From positions 3,844,001 to 3,908,000 of the forward strand of contig OX597822.1 in NCBI GenBank assembly GCA_951406725.2: DNA of 64,000 nucleotides, in the 5' to 3' direction. Source of the DNA: Octopus vulgaris. Lineage: Eukaryota. Under the pieces are notes generated by a model that saw only the letters and a list, made by a program, of their open reading frames with translations, searched no databases and was not told the DNA's origin. A program made the translations under genes and the position numbers. Positions 29,016 through 41,852 of the stretch are shown in pieces. Every line of letters begins with the position of its first letter. The stretch's first letter is position 1.

Positions 29016-29021
<6 letters not shown>
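28892..29021. repeat. perfect 62-bp palindrome with a 6-bp spacer (Penelope-type inverted terminal structure)
   Basis: arms 28892-28953 and 28960-29021, spacer GAAGCT. Confidence 0.95.
28908..28960 (-). ncRNA. type I hammerhead ribozyme
   Basis: minus strand: GAGCUUC-CUGAAGA-U UUC ucuu GAA U-GAAA-CAG uucuaguc CUG-UA^-GAAGCUC; stem I 7 bp, stem III 4 bp, weak stem II. Confidence 0.7.
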
Positions 29022-29071
<50 letters not shown>

Positions 29072-29450
29072 CTATATGTATATCTGTGTGTGTATATGTT
29101 TGTGTGTCTGTTTGTTCACCCCCTAGCATCGCTTGACAACCGATGCTGGTGTGTTTACATCCCCGTAACTTAGCGGTTCGGCAAAAGAGAACGATAGAAT
29201 AAGTACTAGGCTTACAAAGAATAAACTCTGGGATCGATTTGCTCGACTATAAAGGTGGTGCTCCAGCATGGTCGCAGTCAAACGACTGAAACAAGTAAAG
29301 AGAGTGTATATGTGTGTATTCCCACACACATACACATACATACATATATCTATTCATATACATGTATACATAAAAATATGCACATATCCACACACTCTAC
29401 ATAGAGACATACATCATACACGCATACATACATTGATATATATACATACA

Positions 29451-30050
29451 TATTTCTTTCCTACCCACAAGGGGCTAAACACAGAGAGGGCAAGCAAGGA
29501 CAGACAAACATATCAAGTCGATTATATCGACCCCAGTGCGTAACTGGTACTTATTTAATCGACCCCGAAAGGATGAAAGACAAACTCGAGCTCGGCGGAA
29601 TTTGAACTCAGGACGTAGCGGCAGACGAAATACCTATTTCTTTACTACCCACAAGGGGCTAAACACAGAGGGGACAAACAAGGACAGACAAACGGATTAA
29701 GTCGATTACATCAACCCCAGTGCATAACTGCTACTTATTTAATCGACCCCGAAAGGAAGAAAGGCTAAGTTGACCTCGGCGGAATTTGAACTCAGAACGT
29801 AACGGCGGACGAAATACCTATTTCTTTACTACCCACAAGGGGCTAAACACAGAGAGGACAAACAAGGACAAACAAACGGATTAAGTCGATTATATCGACC
29901 CCGGTGCGTATCTGGTACTTAATTTATCGACTCCGAAAGGCTGAAAGGCTAAGTTGACCTCGGCGGAATTTGAACTGAGATCGTAACGGCAGACGAAATA
30001 CCGCTAAGCATTTCGCCCAGCGTTCTAACGATTCCGCCAGCTCGCGCCTT
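29451..30050 (-). mobile_element. SINE family C with a triplicated 184-bp body
   Basis: units start at 29451, 29635 and 29819; single head at 30003-30050. Confidence 0.9.
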
Positions 30051-30537
30051 AGATCTATATACATATATACATTGAAAGTTCGCAAGCGAGTGAATGTCAT
30101 TGCGTTCATAATCTTTCATTATATTTAATATTTTCTATTCGTTTGAGTGTTAATCTTTACGTTTGGAAAGGGAAACGCAACATCAAACCATTATTCTTTC
30201 ATTTCACGCTGTTTTCTAATTATATCACATAAATCTATTCATATTTTATATTCTTCTCGTATATTTCAATTATTATTATTAGTCTTATTAGTATGGTTTG
30301 TTTACTTAGCCTTTAATAAAAATTCTTGGCCTTATTTTCTTTCTGTTTGTATGAAGTCTGAATTAGGAAGGTTATTAGGACTTCTAGCATCAGTATATAC
30401 GTATGTGTGCGCATGGATGTGTATGCGTGTGCGTATGTGTACGTGTTTGTATGTGTGTGTGTGCACGGTAGTGTTTGTATGATTTAGTATCAAAATATCT
30501 ATATCTGTTTATGTGTGTTTGCGTGTGTACAGAGAGA

Positions 30538-30569
<32 letters not shown>

Positions 30570-30719
30570 CATTGTTATACATACTTATTAATTACTTTTC
30601 AGGCAAGAAATATGTGTATTACTTCACGCCTATATGAATGCGCGTGCGTATTAGTTTGTGTATGATTACACATAAACGTTGGCCTGCGCGCAAACACACA
30701 CAATATATATATATATATT

Positions 30720-30757
<38 letters not shown>

Positions 30758-31364
30758 CATATACTTATGTATACATACGATTATGTGTGAGCGGGAGGGT
30801 CTCTATGCGTGCGCCTCTGTGTATTTGTGTATAGTTATTTAATTAGCGGCCATTTCTTATAAACGTCTTTCGTTTATATTGTGGCTAAGATACTAAGAAA
30901 ATACGAAAGATATTGCAATAAAAACTAATGCCGCTTTGATCGTTTAATCTAAAACGGGGAAAATTGATGAAAGATAAATTAACAATTATAAGGAAATAAA
31001 AGGAAAATCATAATTCATTATTGTTCTATTAGGACGAAGAATAATTTCTGGCTTTGGTGCAAGTCTCCTACTTTTAAAAATGGCATGAAATCAACCAAAT
31101 TAGCTCCAGTTATTCTTTTTTTAATTTTGCGTTATTTTATAACCCTAGGGAGGACAAATAGCGCGATGGTCACAATGGAGCGAAGACAGGCGTTGAGAAT
31201 ATTAAGGGAATGTCAGTAGCACAGCGAAGAGCTAATATAGCAAGGGATTTGCTCCAACGACAAATGTGTTCTCCCCTTTCGACGGGAAAGAGAAAATACA
31301 TAGTCTGTATATGGGAAACATTTTCTACGGAAAATATATACATATACAGCTGTACACAAACACA

Positions 31365-31409
<45 letters not shown>

Positions 31410-31462
31410 TAACACATGCACATAACTAAAAGAATAATTAAATGTATATATATATATATATA

Positions 31463-31693
31463 TCATTCCCTTCCGGTCATTTCAATATGTGACCTTGTGT
31501 GCATTGTTGGCGATTTTCTTTCTCCGTCTTCCCTTCTTTGGACTTTTTCTTGTTTTCTATATTTCTGACGAAGAGCTCCGCTCGAAATATGAAATTCCCC
31601 TTCTTTCTTTCCTTTTCTGAGCATCCAATAACACTATACTTATTCCACCTCCTCGTGTTGTTGTGTTTTCTCATTGTTCATGTTTGAATTAAG
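31463..31693 (+). mobile_element. Penelope-type terminal fragment with a decayed minimal hammerhead
   Basis: CTGACGA-A-GAGC-TCC-GCTC-GAAA at 31565-31587; pyrimidine-rich tail; flanked by (TA)n. Confidence 0.55.
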
Positions 31694-31702
31694 TATATAT
31701 AT

Positions 31703-31773
<71 letters not shown>

Positions 31774-31785
31774 GAGATATAGATA

Positions 31786-33020
31786 CAGGATGTAACAGTT
31801 AAGTTGGGACCATTTAAATATCTTTAATATGATTGGCATCAGTCGGAAAAATAAATCACTGCAAGTCTTATGTTTACGCCAGTTTATTGTGGCATGTTTA
31901 GCACTTATTTCAGTTCAATGCGACCGTCATTTGTTTTCTTTGTCAGTTCAATTCGTTTACGAAAGGATGCGAATGCCCTAACTATTTGTTCCTGAATGCT
32001 CACTAGATCGAAACCTTCAGTGAAGACACACATTTGTGAGAAGTGGCATTGGATATTGCTTCAGCTTCACCCCATAGCCAAAACTCACATAGATTCACAT
32101 CTGATGAGCCAGAGGGCCAGATATCTTTAGGGACAAACATGGACAATTCCTTCTTTAAAAAATTCTTGCACACTTTTCAAACAATGAACGGGCGTAGAGT
32201 CCTGTACAAACATGATTCGACCTGCATCATAATGCTTCCTAATCTAAAGCAACAAAACTGCTAAGATTTTGAGATGCTCTGTTGTGTTGATTTTAAGAAC
32301 CGCTTCAATAAAATGAGGAGGCATCAATTTCCCATCACTTGCAGCTGCTCCAAAGACCATAATGGAAGCTAGATTCTTGCTATGCATAGCTGAAAGAACT
32401 TGGAAAGGGTCGTATGCTATCACTCTTGAGTTTTGACGGTTTGCAATTCCGTCTGCCATGAATTTCATCTCATCCACGATGATGTGACGTCTCCCCCACG
32501 TTGTTTCAGACGACTAAATAGTTTCGGACATCTTTTCGCTCGAATGGCTTTGGATCGTTGTCTTCTCACATACGATCTTATATGGAAGTCTTGTCTCACA
32601 GCCCTAGAAACGGTCATTTTACTGATTCCTTGATCTTGAGCCAACTTCACCATCGGTTTTGATGGGTTCGACTCAATAGATCTTTCCAGTCCTGTTAAGA
32701 AGCGAAGCGTGTGGTTTGGTCACTCTAAGGACTGTGAGGCTTTCTCTGAACATCCTGACTTTTCTTCAAATTGGCTACAACTCTAAAACAGTAGATTTGT
32801 CATACTTTGTGGCTCTAAAAATCTCTCCAGGACTTTTGCCGGCGCGGAATAATTCGTCAATTGCACTTCTACGGTTTAATTCTTTATTAGCATTCTTAGT
32901 TTGTTCAATCTGAAATACAAAATAGTACGAGTGATTATTTAAAATTTGGACTCCAATAAAATCTATGCTTTTAGAAATATACCTATCTGAAACTTGACCC
33001 AATTTTTCTGTCACACCCTG
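31786..33020 (-). mobile_element. decayed, near full-length Tc1/mariner (DD37D/maT-like)
   Basis: TIRs CAGGATGTAACAG / CTGTCACACCCTG; fragments RRSAIDELFRAGKSPGEI, GISKMTVSRAVRQD, MDEMKF...NRQNSR...IMVFGAAASDGKLMPPHF. Confidence 0.85.
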
Positions 33021-33033
33021 TTATATGTGTCTA

Positions 33034-33235
33034 TATATAATTGATTAACTGAACAGAAGATGGATTGGGTATTCGTCTTTATTTTGTACGATGATCACAC
33101 CTGATGTGATCCAGACAGCTAAATGGATGCAACACAACATGATGCACAGAATCCCATCTATAAGAGACCGTAGCAGAATGGGTCCAAATAAAGGCTAATA
33201 CCAAATCCATATTTTGTTTAATTAATCAATTATTA
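33034..33235. repeat. ~55-bp imperfect inverted repeat with outward-facing tails
   Basis: ATAATTGATTAACTGAACAGAAGATGGATTGGGTATT vs AATACCAAATCCATATTTTGTTTAATTAATCAATTAT. Confidence 0.65.
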
Positions 33236-33314
33236 TCTCAACTAACACTGCGAAATTCCTGAAGTAGATCCAACGGAAGTATTCCCCAGTTGCAGATGAT
33301 ACCAGGTAGCCTAA

Positions 33315-33987
33315 TTAACTGACATAATCGCACCTACTGGGCTCATGAAAATCTGCATGTTATTATGGAACACCATTCGGACTTACCAGCGAATACAGTG
33401 TGTTGTGGGCTAGCTGAATTGAACTTCCTAGGGCCATTCTATTTTCACCAAACTGTCACTGGGAATGCTCACCTAAACATGCAGCAGGAATCCGTCATTT
33501 TGTGTGTCGAGGAGGTGTGTGGTGACGACGAGATTTACTCTCAGCAAGATGGAGCAATTTCCTACTGCCATCGTGATGTAAGGACGTATCTCGATACAAC
33601 ATTTCTAAATACACGGAGATGGATTGAGTGAAGAGGTAGAGCAGAATTCCCTATACGTTCTCCAGACCTCACTCCAATGGACTTCTGGTTTTTTATAGGA
33701 GTATATCAAAGATAAAGCTCACAGCTCAAAACCAGCAACAGTCAATTTGTTGAAAGAGGAAATTGAAAGTTAGTATCTTGCAGTTCCAAATGAAATAATT
33801 CGCAACGCTGTTAAATCCATCGGTCTGTGTTGTCGGTTGTTTTTGGAAAGTAGTGGTCGTCACTTTGGACATTTGTAAACATGCATTTATTCATCAATGC
33901 ATTTAACCATTAATCTTGTTTCTCAGTCAATAAACAATGAATGTATTGTTATTTAATGAGTGAATATCTTTTCGGGACTCTGAGTGT
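33315..33987 (+). pseudogene. Tc1/mariner transposase 3' half (DD41D/rosa-like)
   Basis: HNRTYW...GPFYFHQTVTG...QQDGA...RWIE*RG..FP.RSPDLTPMDF. Confidence 0.8.
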
Positions 33988-34465
<478 letters not shown>

Positions 34466-35694
34466 GGTGGAGTTACGATTTCAGGAGAACGAATGGGATC
34501 ACGTGGATGAGAAAGGCGCGATGCAGAGAGGAGTGGACAGTGTGCTGTGACCAGCGGTGTCAAATGGACGCCCGACGGACTGGTCGGTCAAGGTGATATA
34601 TGAAGTATGTTTCAATGCGATAATAAACATAGTAAACTAAAGTCCATCGTATGTACATATTCAGGCATTTCTACACCTGTTACTTGCGGTGTACAAAACA
34701 CATATAATTTCATCAGTAACTAATCACAAACACTCTCACTCTTTATCTTCGTCTGTCATGCCTACAGGCGTCAGCGATCAGGGATCTTCCAGCCAAAGTT
34801 TAAATATTCGTGATTTTTTAGAGAAAGATCACAACAGTGGTTTGCCTTCTGTCAATTTACATACCGTTTACTCTGCTCATCTGCTCTTTTCTCGAGTTTT
34901 TTCTTGAGCAACATGACCAGTTTACCTCTTAGACAAGGTGGTTGATTCAAGCGATATCAGGGTATCTTAAGATACTACTAGCTCAGCCTAGAGTGGACTT
35001 AGTTCTAGTGGTAACTAAGTAGTAATTCCATATTCTCCAAAAGTCTTGACCTCCGCCATGGGAGATTCAGCCGCGGACGTAGTTTGTTTTTAATTTTATT
35101 TTCAATAAAACAACTAAACTACAAACACTCACATACATACGCAATACAGACTTTCCGTACAAACAAGCGATATGGATATACAAACACACATGTTTCGGCC
35201 TTTGAGTAAAAGAAAATAGAGGAGGTTAAATTGATTACGATTTTATTGAACATATTCTTCTCTCGGATTCACACACTTATTGCGGTCCTTTAGCTTTTCT
35301 AAGCCCCGTAAAAGAGCTCAGAATGTTGGACCACCAACTAAGCTTTTCGCGAGACGTTTAAAGCTCCTTCAGCACCCTATCGTATAATGCACAGACCACA
35401 CTACAACTGTTTCTCAATACCGCTACACATAAATGACAATATAGACACAATATATACCAGATTAAAACCGAATCACGCTCTTTATACGATAAAAATATGT
35501 TGACATGGAATATACACATGTGAAATGTTGACCTAAACATAAACTCTAAACACGGGCAAGTGAGAAAACGCAAATGTACACACCGCTATACCACACAACA
35601 ACGACAGATAAATGGATAGGCAGATACATACCTGCCAATACAGAGAAGACATATATATATATATGTATATATATATATACACATATATATATTT

Positions 35695-36099
35695 TTCTCT
35701 TCTACATGTTTCAGTCATTTGACTGCGGCCATGCTGGAGCACCGCCTTTAGTCGAGCAACTCGACCCCGGGACTTATTCTTTGTAAGCCCAGTACTTATT
35801 CTATCGGTCGCTTTTGCCGAACCGTTAAGTGACGGGGACATAAACACACCAGCATCGGTTGTCAAGCAATGCTAGGGGGACAAACACAGACACACAAACA
35901 TACACGCACACACACATATATATATACATATATACGACAGGCTTCTTTCAGTTTCCGTCTACCAAATCCACTCACAAGGCTTTGGTCGGCCTGAGGCTAT
36001 AGTATAAGACACTTGCCCAAAGTGCCACGCAGTGGGACTGAACCCGGAACCATGTGGTTGGTATGCAAGCTACTTACCACACAGCCACTCATGCGCCTA
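35695..36099 (-). mobile_element. SINE family A, full length
   Basis: reverse complement of 17-385, retaining the segment deleted in that copy. Confidence 0.9.
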
Positions 36100-36127
36100 T
36101 ATATATATATACATATATATATACACA

Positions 36128-36195
<68 letters not shown>

Positions 36196-36352
36196 CATAT
36201 ATTTATTTATTTATTTATTTATTTCATCATTTTACAGGGGCCTGGGGTGGGAGAGGACTATTTTATATTTCACACACCCACAAGAGCACAAACGGAAAAC
36301 TTCCAATAACAAATGCACACTAACACTAACACGAAAACACAGACATATGTTA

Positions 36353-36612
36353 AAATAAATAAATGCGTCCTTTTAAAGCCTAGCCAGGCTCATGGGCCCC
36401 GTTTCTCGGTTTCAACGGCGCATGTGTTCCCCAGCTGGACGGGACGCCAGTCCATCACAGCGTTACTCATTTTTGCCAGCTGAGTGGACTGGAGCAACGT
36501 GAAATGAGGTGTTTTGCTCAAGAACACAACGCGTCGCTCGGTCCAGGAATCGAAACCACAATCTTACGATCATGATGCTGACACCCTAACCACTAAGCCA
36601 CGCGCCTCCACA
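36353..36612 (-). mobile_element. SINE with a family B-type head/core and a distinct tail
   Basis: head GAGGCGCGTGGCTTAGTGGTTAGGG; TSD CAGACATATGTTA at 36340-36352 and 36613-36625; (TTTA)n tail. Confidence 0.88.
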
Positions 36613-37102
36613 CAGACATATGTTATGCAAAGTTTAATGCCGCTAGACTTAGTCTCCACCTGTTTGAAATATTTCTTTCTCACTTCTCAATTGCGGTCAA
36701 ATTCAATATGAAGCGCGTACGAAATTCGTACATTCATGGTTGTTTTTTGCTTTTGTTTCTTTTTCTTGTTTTTCTTTTTTTCTCTTGCTCTTTCTTCAGA
36801 TGTAGGGCTTACATCCAAAAAGTCAAATAATGCTATTTCTATTAAACTGTCCGTGAAACTAATAGAAAGAATTTAATATACAGTCTATCCATAAATTATC
36901 TTTACAAATTTCATACTTTTAAACTCAATATTATAAAGGAACTTTATGGACACCCTTTATTTTATTTTATCCTTATAGTTATACTGAATAGATAGATAAT
37001 ATGTGTACCTTCTCAACAAAAACTTCATCACAAGCACATACCATGAACCAAAAAGGTCACCTGGGCCTGCAGTAATGGCATAAAGAAATAAAAACACACA
37101 TT

Positions 37103-37114
37103 TATATATGTATG

Positions 37115-37148
<34 letters not shown>

Positions 37149-37163
37149 TATACATATATATAT

Positions 37164-37212
<49 letters not shown>

Positions 37213-37233
37213 ATATATATATATATGTGTGTA

Positions 37234-37299
<66 letters not shown>

Positions 37300-37430
37300 T
37301 ATGTATGTATATACATATATATATATGTATGTATATATATATATACACATACAAACATTATATATATGCATATATACAAACATATATAAGCACACACATA
37401 GATACACATTATATATATATATATATATAT
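37103..37430. repeat. degenerate (TA)n/(TACA) microsatellite
   Basis: direct reading. Confidence 0.9.
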
Positions 37431-38504
37431 TTACACATTTTGGTACCTGTATGTATGTTTAGGCATATGTAAGAATACGTATGCATGAATTTATACAGCC
37501 ATTTAGATAGGTAAGTACGTTAATGTAGAAAAATAAAATAGTCCTCTCCCACTCCAGACCGCCGTAAAATCATGAAATAAATAAACAAAAAATAAATAAA
37601 TAACCTTAATGTCTTTCTCTATCATTTACAATTACTATGAAGAGGTAAACAATAATTAAAAACATACGAGAAAAATAAACAGAAACATAAAAATTGCTTT
37701 TTCTTCATAGCAAATTTCCCGAAACTGTTAATTAAATTCACTCAAGAAAGTGAAAAAGATAACTGCGAATTAATCATAATAATCTTGAGCGAATGAAATT
37801 GAAACAAATAAGAGAAAAACAATATCAAATTAAAAACGAATTTATCATCTCCGCAGCTTTTATTGCCACTATGAAAATCTAAATTATTTTTTAATGATGA
37901 TGGCAAATACTATTAATGTTACTCATCAGACTTAATTTGATTATTAACTGCAAAGTAGGAGTCTATATGTGTAGGAGTTCGTTAGGAGAGCCGAGAGAGT
38001 TGTGTTTTGTATGTGTTGATGTATTTTGTATTTTATTATATGATTCTTTAAGTTCTAATTTAAAACCCCACAGTGAGGTCAACTTTTTCTTTCATCATTC
38101 CAAGATCAATAAAAGAGGGATCAACAGTGACTACGCCCACCATCAGATTGTGTTCCTTGTATCTACGTTACAAATCCTTTGTAGCTATCTATAGAAAAAT
38201 AAGAACAATGCGAAGTCAAAGTGACAGAACCGATATGGGTTGGGTGTTGAAAGGACCTTGTGACATCATCTCTTTACATTCTAATTTAAAACGCCTCCAG
38301 GTCATCTCTACTTTTTTACATTCCCGGATCGGTAAAACAATTTGCAGTCCATGTACCGCAGAAGATAAAATCATCTGGTTTAGTTTCCATATACTATTGT
38401 TTCGAACATTTTTCATGTAGATAATCGCAACGAAGCCGTAACATATTTCAGCCACAATTAAATTTCTGGTCATGAACGAATATTAAACAGACAGTGCTTA
38501 CCAA

Positions 38505-38814
38505 TAATAAGATAGAGTATTCGGCTCACGGGCGTAAGGTCGTGATTTCAATCCTCGACAACGCGTTGTGTTCTTGGGCAAGGCACTTTATTTCATGTTG
38601 CTCCATTCCACTTAGTTGGAAAAATTGAGTATTACCTGTTTTTCAAAGGGCCAACTTTGTCACACACTGTGTCATACTGAATCTCACTGAGAACTACGTT
38701 AAGGATACATGTGTCTATGGAGTGCTCAGCCACCTGCACGTTAATTTCACGAGCAGGTTGTTCCATTGATCGGATCAGCTGGGTCCCTCGTCTTCATATC
38801 CGACGGAGTGCCAG
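38505..38814 (+). mobile_element. older SINE: family B core with tail type 1
   Basis: GTTCTTGGGCAAGGCACTTT core followed by GAGTGCTCAGCCAC...GTTAATTTCACGAGCAGG. Confidence 0.75.
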
Positions 38815-38901
38815 TGACACTAACACAATAACACACACAAGATATGTATACGTAAATACACTCACACATACATACAAACACACACACACACACACACATA
38901 A

Positions 38902-39433
38902 CTATATATATGTATATATAAAGCAAGGTTTGTGTGTTGTTTGGTTGTTTGTTTGTACATTGACTGCTGAAAACACTAAAGAAAATTGATAATATTTCAG
39001 GCTTTTCGTATAATTTGAATTAATTTGACCATTCCGCAGATACGTCTTCACTTATTTTCCCAAAACGGATTGGAGTAGCCGAGCTAGTATTGTATTGGCT
39101 CCTATTTCTAGCAATCTACTCACTATTTCACCGTAATGTCTATACATTTTTTCTTTCGTTGTAGGTTGACCTTTGAAAACATTTAATATAAAAGCAAAGT
39201 TTGTTTCTTTGCACGTTGACCACTGAAAACAATAAAACAAATTGATAACAGTTCAGGTTTTTCGACTCATTTCAATTAATTTAACCATTATCGAAGCAAA
39301 GATCCTCACTGGATGTGGTAAGGGAGGCATTATATTTATACTTAGAGTACCACTAACACCAACAGATGTCCCCCTTCGTTTCAAACGATTGTAATTGCCA
39401 GCGAGAGTCAGTTACGCATCGACCATTAACTAG
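38902..39433 (+). mobile_element. two related, decayed Helitron-like elements in tandem (~38902-39087 and ~39182-39433)
   Basis: both begin ATATAAA(A)GCAA(G/A)GTTTGT, share ~120 bp, and end in CTAG|T. Confidence 0.55.
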
Positions 39434-39606
39434 TCCCAAGGGTAAACACTGCAGATTGTCGGTCTCCACCTAAAAGAGTACTATTTCTCTCATAGTCAGT
39501 CGTATGTAGGTTGTTCAGAGTGGGCTCTAAAGAAAAAGAAGGTAAAAAACTGAAGTTCTGTAAATACTTTATGATCTTCGTACAATACTTTCTCTATTAT
39601 TATCTA

Positions 39607-40920
39607 TTGGGTTGGCAACTAAGTTCTCGCCGTTTTTATAAAATTTTGGAATTTATTGCGTTTTTAAATTTTGGAATCTATTTTCTTGTTTTTCGAGAAT
39701 TCAATTTTTGTATCATTTTGGAATTTTTTTTTTTTTTCTAGTTAAGTTTAGTTAATTTTTGTTTATTTTCAGATCATTAAAATGGAATATCAAGTTAAGA
39801 AAAGCGATCATTTTCGACAACTCCTTCTTTTTGCTTTTAGCCAAGATTCTAAGGCCGCAAAAACTGCTCGCAACATTTGTGCTGTGTATGGTGAGGGTGC
39901 CATAGCTGAAAGAACCTCTCGTAATTGGTATGCCAAGTTCAAAAATGGAAATTTTGACCCCAAATTCGCACCTCGTTCTGGCCGTCCAGTTGAGTTCGAT
40001 GAAGAGCGATTAAACCAACTTTTTCCCGAAAATTCTCGTCAAACGACAAGGGAACTAGCAAAGAAAATGGAATGCTCCAACACTGCTATAGAGAAGCATC
40101 TTCACCCGATGGGAAAGGTTCAGAATTATGGAGCATGAGTTCCGCATGCTTTAAGTGACAACAACAAAAATCAACGAGCCATAATCTCCGCTGTTTTGCT
40201 TGCTCGTCACCCCTCAACTCATGGACACAAGCAATGTGTCCATGAGTTGTGATTCACCATGATTCAATGTGATTCACCGAATTGTTACTGGCGACGGAAA
40301 ATGGTGCCTGTATATCAATATGACGCTTGTAAGGAGTGGCTTAGCCCCGTTAAACAAGCGACATCGTGGGTGACACAAAATCTTCATCCGCGTAAAACGA
40401 TGTTGTGCATATGGTGGGTCTGGGAAGGGATTATCCATTACAAATTGCCTGAACGGAACCAAACGGTCAACGCGGAACTCTATGTTCAACAGATAGAACA
40501 ACTCAACACGGCTATTCAAGAGAAAAGACCTAAGCGAAGCATAGAGATCTTCTGCTGCACGACAACGCCCGCCCCCATATCGCCATTATGACCAAGAAAG
40601 ACATTCAAACGCATGGCTGGGAAGTGCTGCCACACCCGCCGTACTCTCCTGATTTGGCACCAACGGATTTCTACCTCTTTCGATCTCTTTCAAATGCTAT
40701 GCGCGGAGTTTCGCAGAATTGAGAGCTTGGTCGGATCAATTTATCGAGTTGAAATCGTGTGATTTCTACCAACAAGGTATTAAAAAATCTTGTTGAACGT
40801 TGGGAAGAAGTTGTAAACAACAAGGGTGAATACATTATTGACTAATTAGTTGTTATTTTTCATTAAACCTTTAAAAAATTCAAATTAAAAAAAACGGTGG
40901 GAACTTAGTTGCCAACCGAA
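39607..40920 (+). mobile_element. full-length mariner (DD34D) with an inactivated transposase (~39782-40847)
   Basis: TA-flanked TIRs TTGGGTTGGCAACTAAGTTC / GAACTTAGTTGCCAACCGAA; HTH region, (W>stop)VPHAL, HDNARPH and YSPDLAPTDF motifs, with stops and frameshifts. Confidence 0.93.
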
Positions 40921-41587
40921 TATATTACTTTCTGTGTTTAGGTGTCCTAAATATATTTATAAAATGATGTTATGCAATCTCTAAATACATTTTAACAACT
41001 TTTTTGTAAGAAAAATGGACATTACGACAGATGTCAATATGTGCCTTATGAATCATTCCAACACTGTACAGACCGGGCCGAAGGTCGGGAGGCCCGCTAC
41101 TATATATATGTATATAGCCGCTGAAGCAACACGTATTTGTTCGTCTCCCTGTGGCCATTAGGCACAACTTCATAAGCCAGCCCCATACTCAATTCGTCCT
41201 GTCGAAAGACCCTTGTCCTACGTCCTGGTTTTGTTTTGTTGTTTATTTTTTATTTTTTATTTTTACCGTTATTGTTTTTACGTTTTTGTATTCTTATTGT
41301 TGTCACGTATTCTGTATTTTTGTTCGTGTACTTCGTTCGTTTTCCGTCCTCGTGTTGTATATATACATTCGAAGCTTTCTTCCAGGGGATCTAATGCACT
41401 TGGCTTAGATTTCCCTTGGCGGGCTGCCCATATCGGAGCAATCTCAAGATTAATCAGCCGAAATTGCTAAGATGATCTGGTTCTTGACTGATGACTGAGG
41501 GCTTCGAATGTCCCGTCCTGTGGTTCTTGTGTCGTCTCTGTGGCGTTTCATGTTCTTGTCCATGTCTGTAATTATTTTTAATGTTTA

Positions 41588-41646
<59 letters not shown>

Positions 41647-41649
41647 TTA

Positions 41650-41852
41650 CTATCATAGACAATGCCTGAATTTCTGGAGGAGGGGACTAGACGATTACAT
41701 AGACCCCCAGAGTTTCAGTGGCACTTACTTTATCGACCCCGAAAGGATGAAATGCAAAGTCGACCTCTGCGGAATTTGAACTCAGAACGTAACAACAGGC
41801 GAAATACTGCTAAGCATTTCGTCCAGCGTGCCGACGATTCTGCCAGCTCCTC
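41650..41852 (-). mobile_element. SINE family C
   Basis: ATCGACCCCGAAAGGATGAAA...GGAATTTGAACTCAGAACG...GATTCTGCCAGCTC. Confidence 0.8.

Larger units (their letters stand above)
28181..29305 (+). mobile_element. SINE family A split by insertions into its internal (TA)n
   Basis: 5' half 28181-28340 and 3' half ~29085-29305 are colinear with intact copies. Confidence 0.75.

Noticed and set aside
41060-41590. GC-richer element with CTGATGA (~41488) and CGAAAG (~41204)
   Set aside because: I could not assemble consistent hammerhead stems; likely an unclassified repeat
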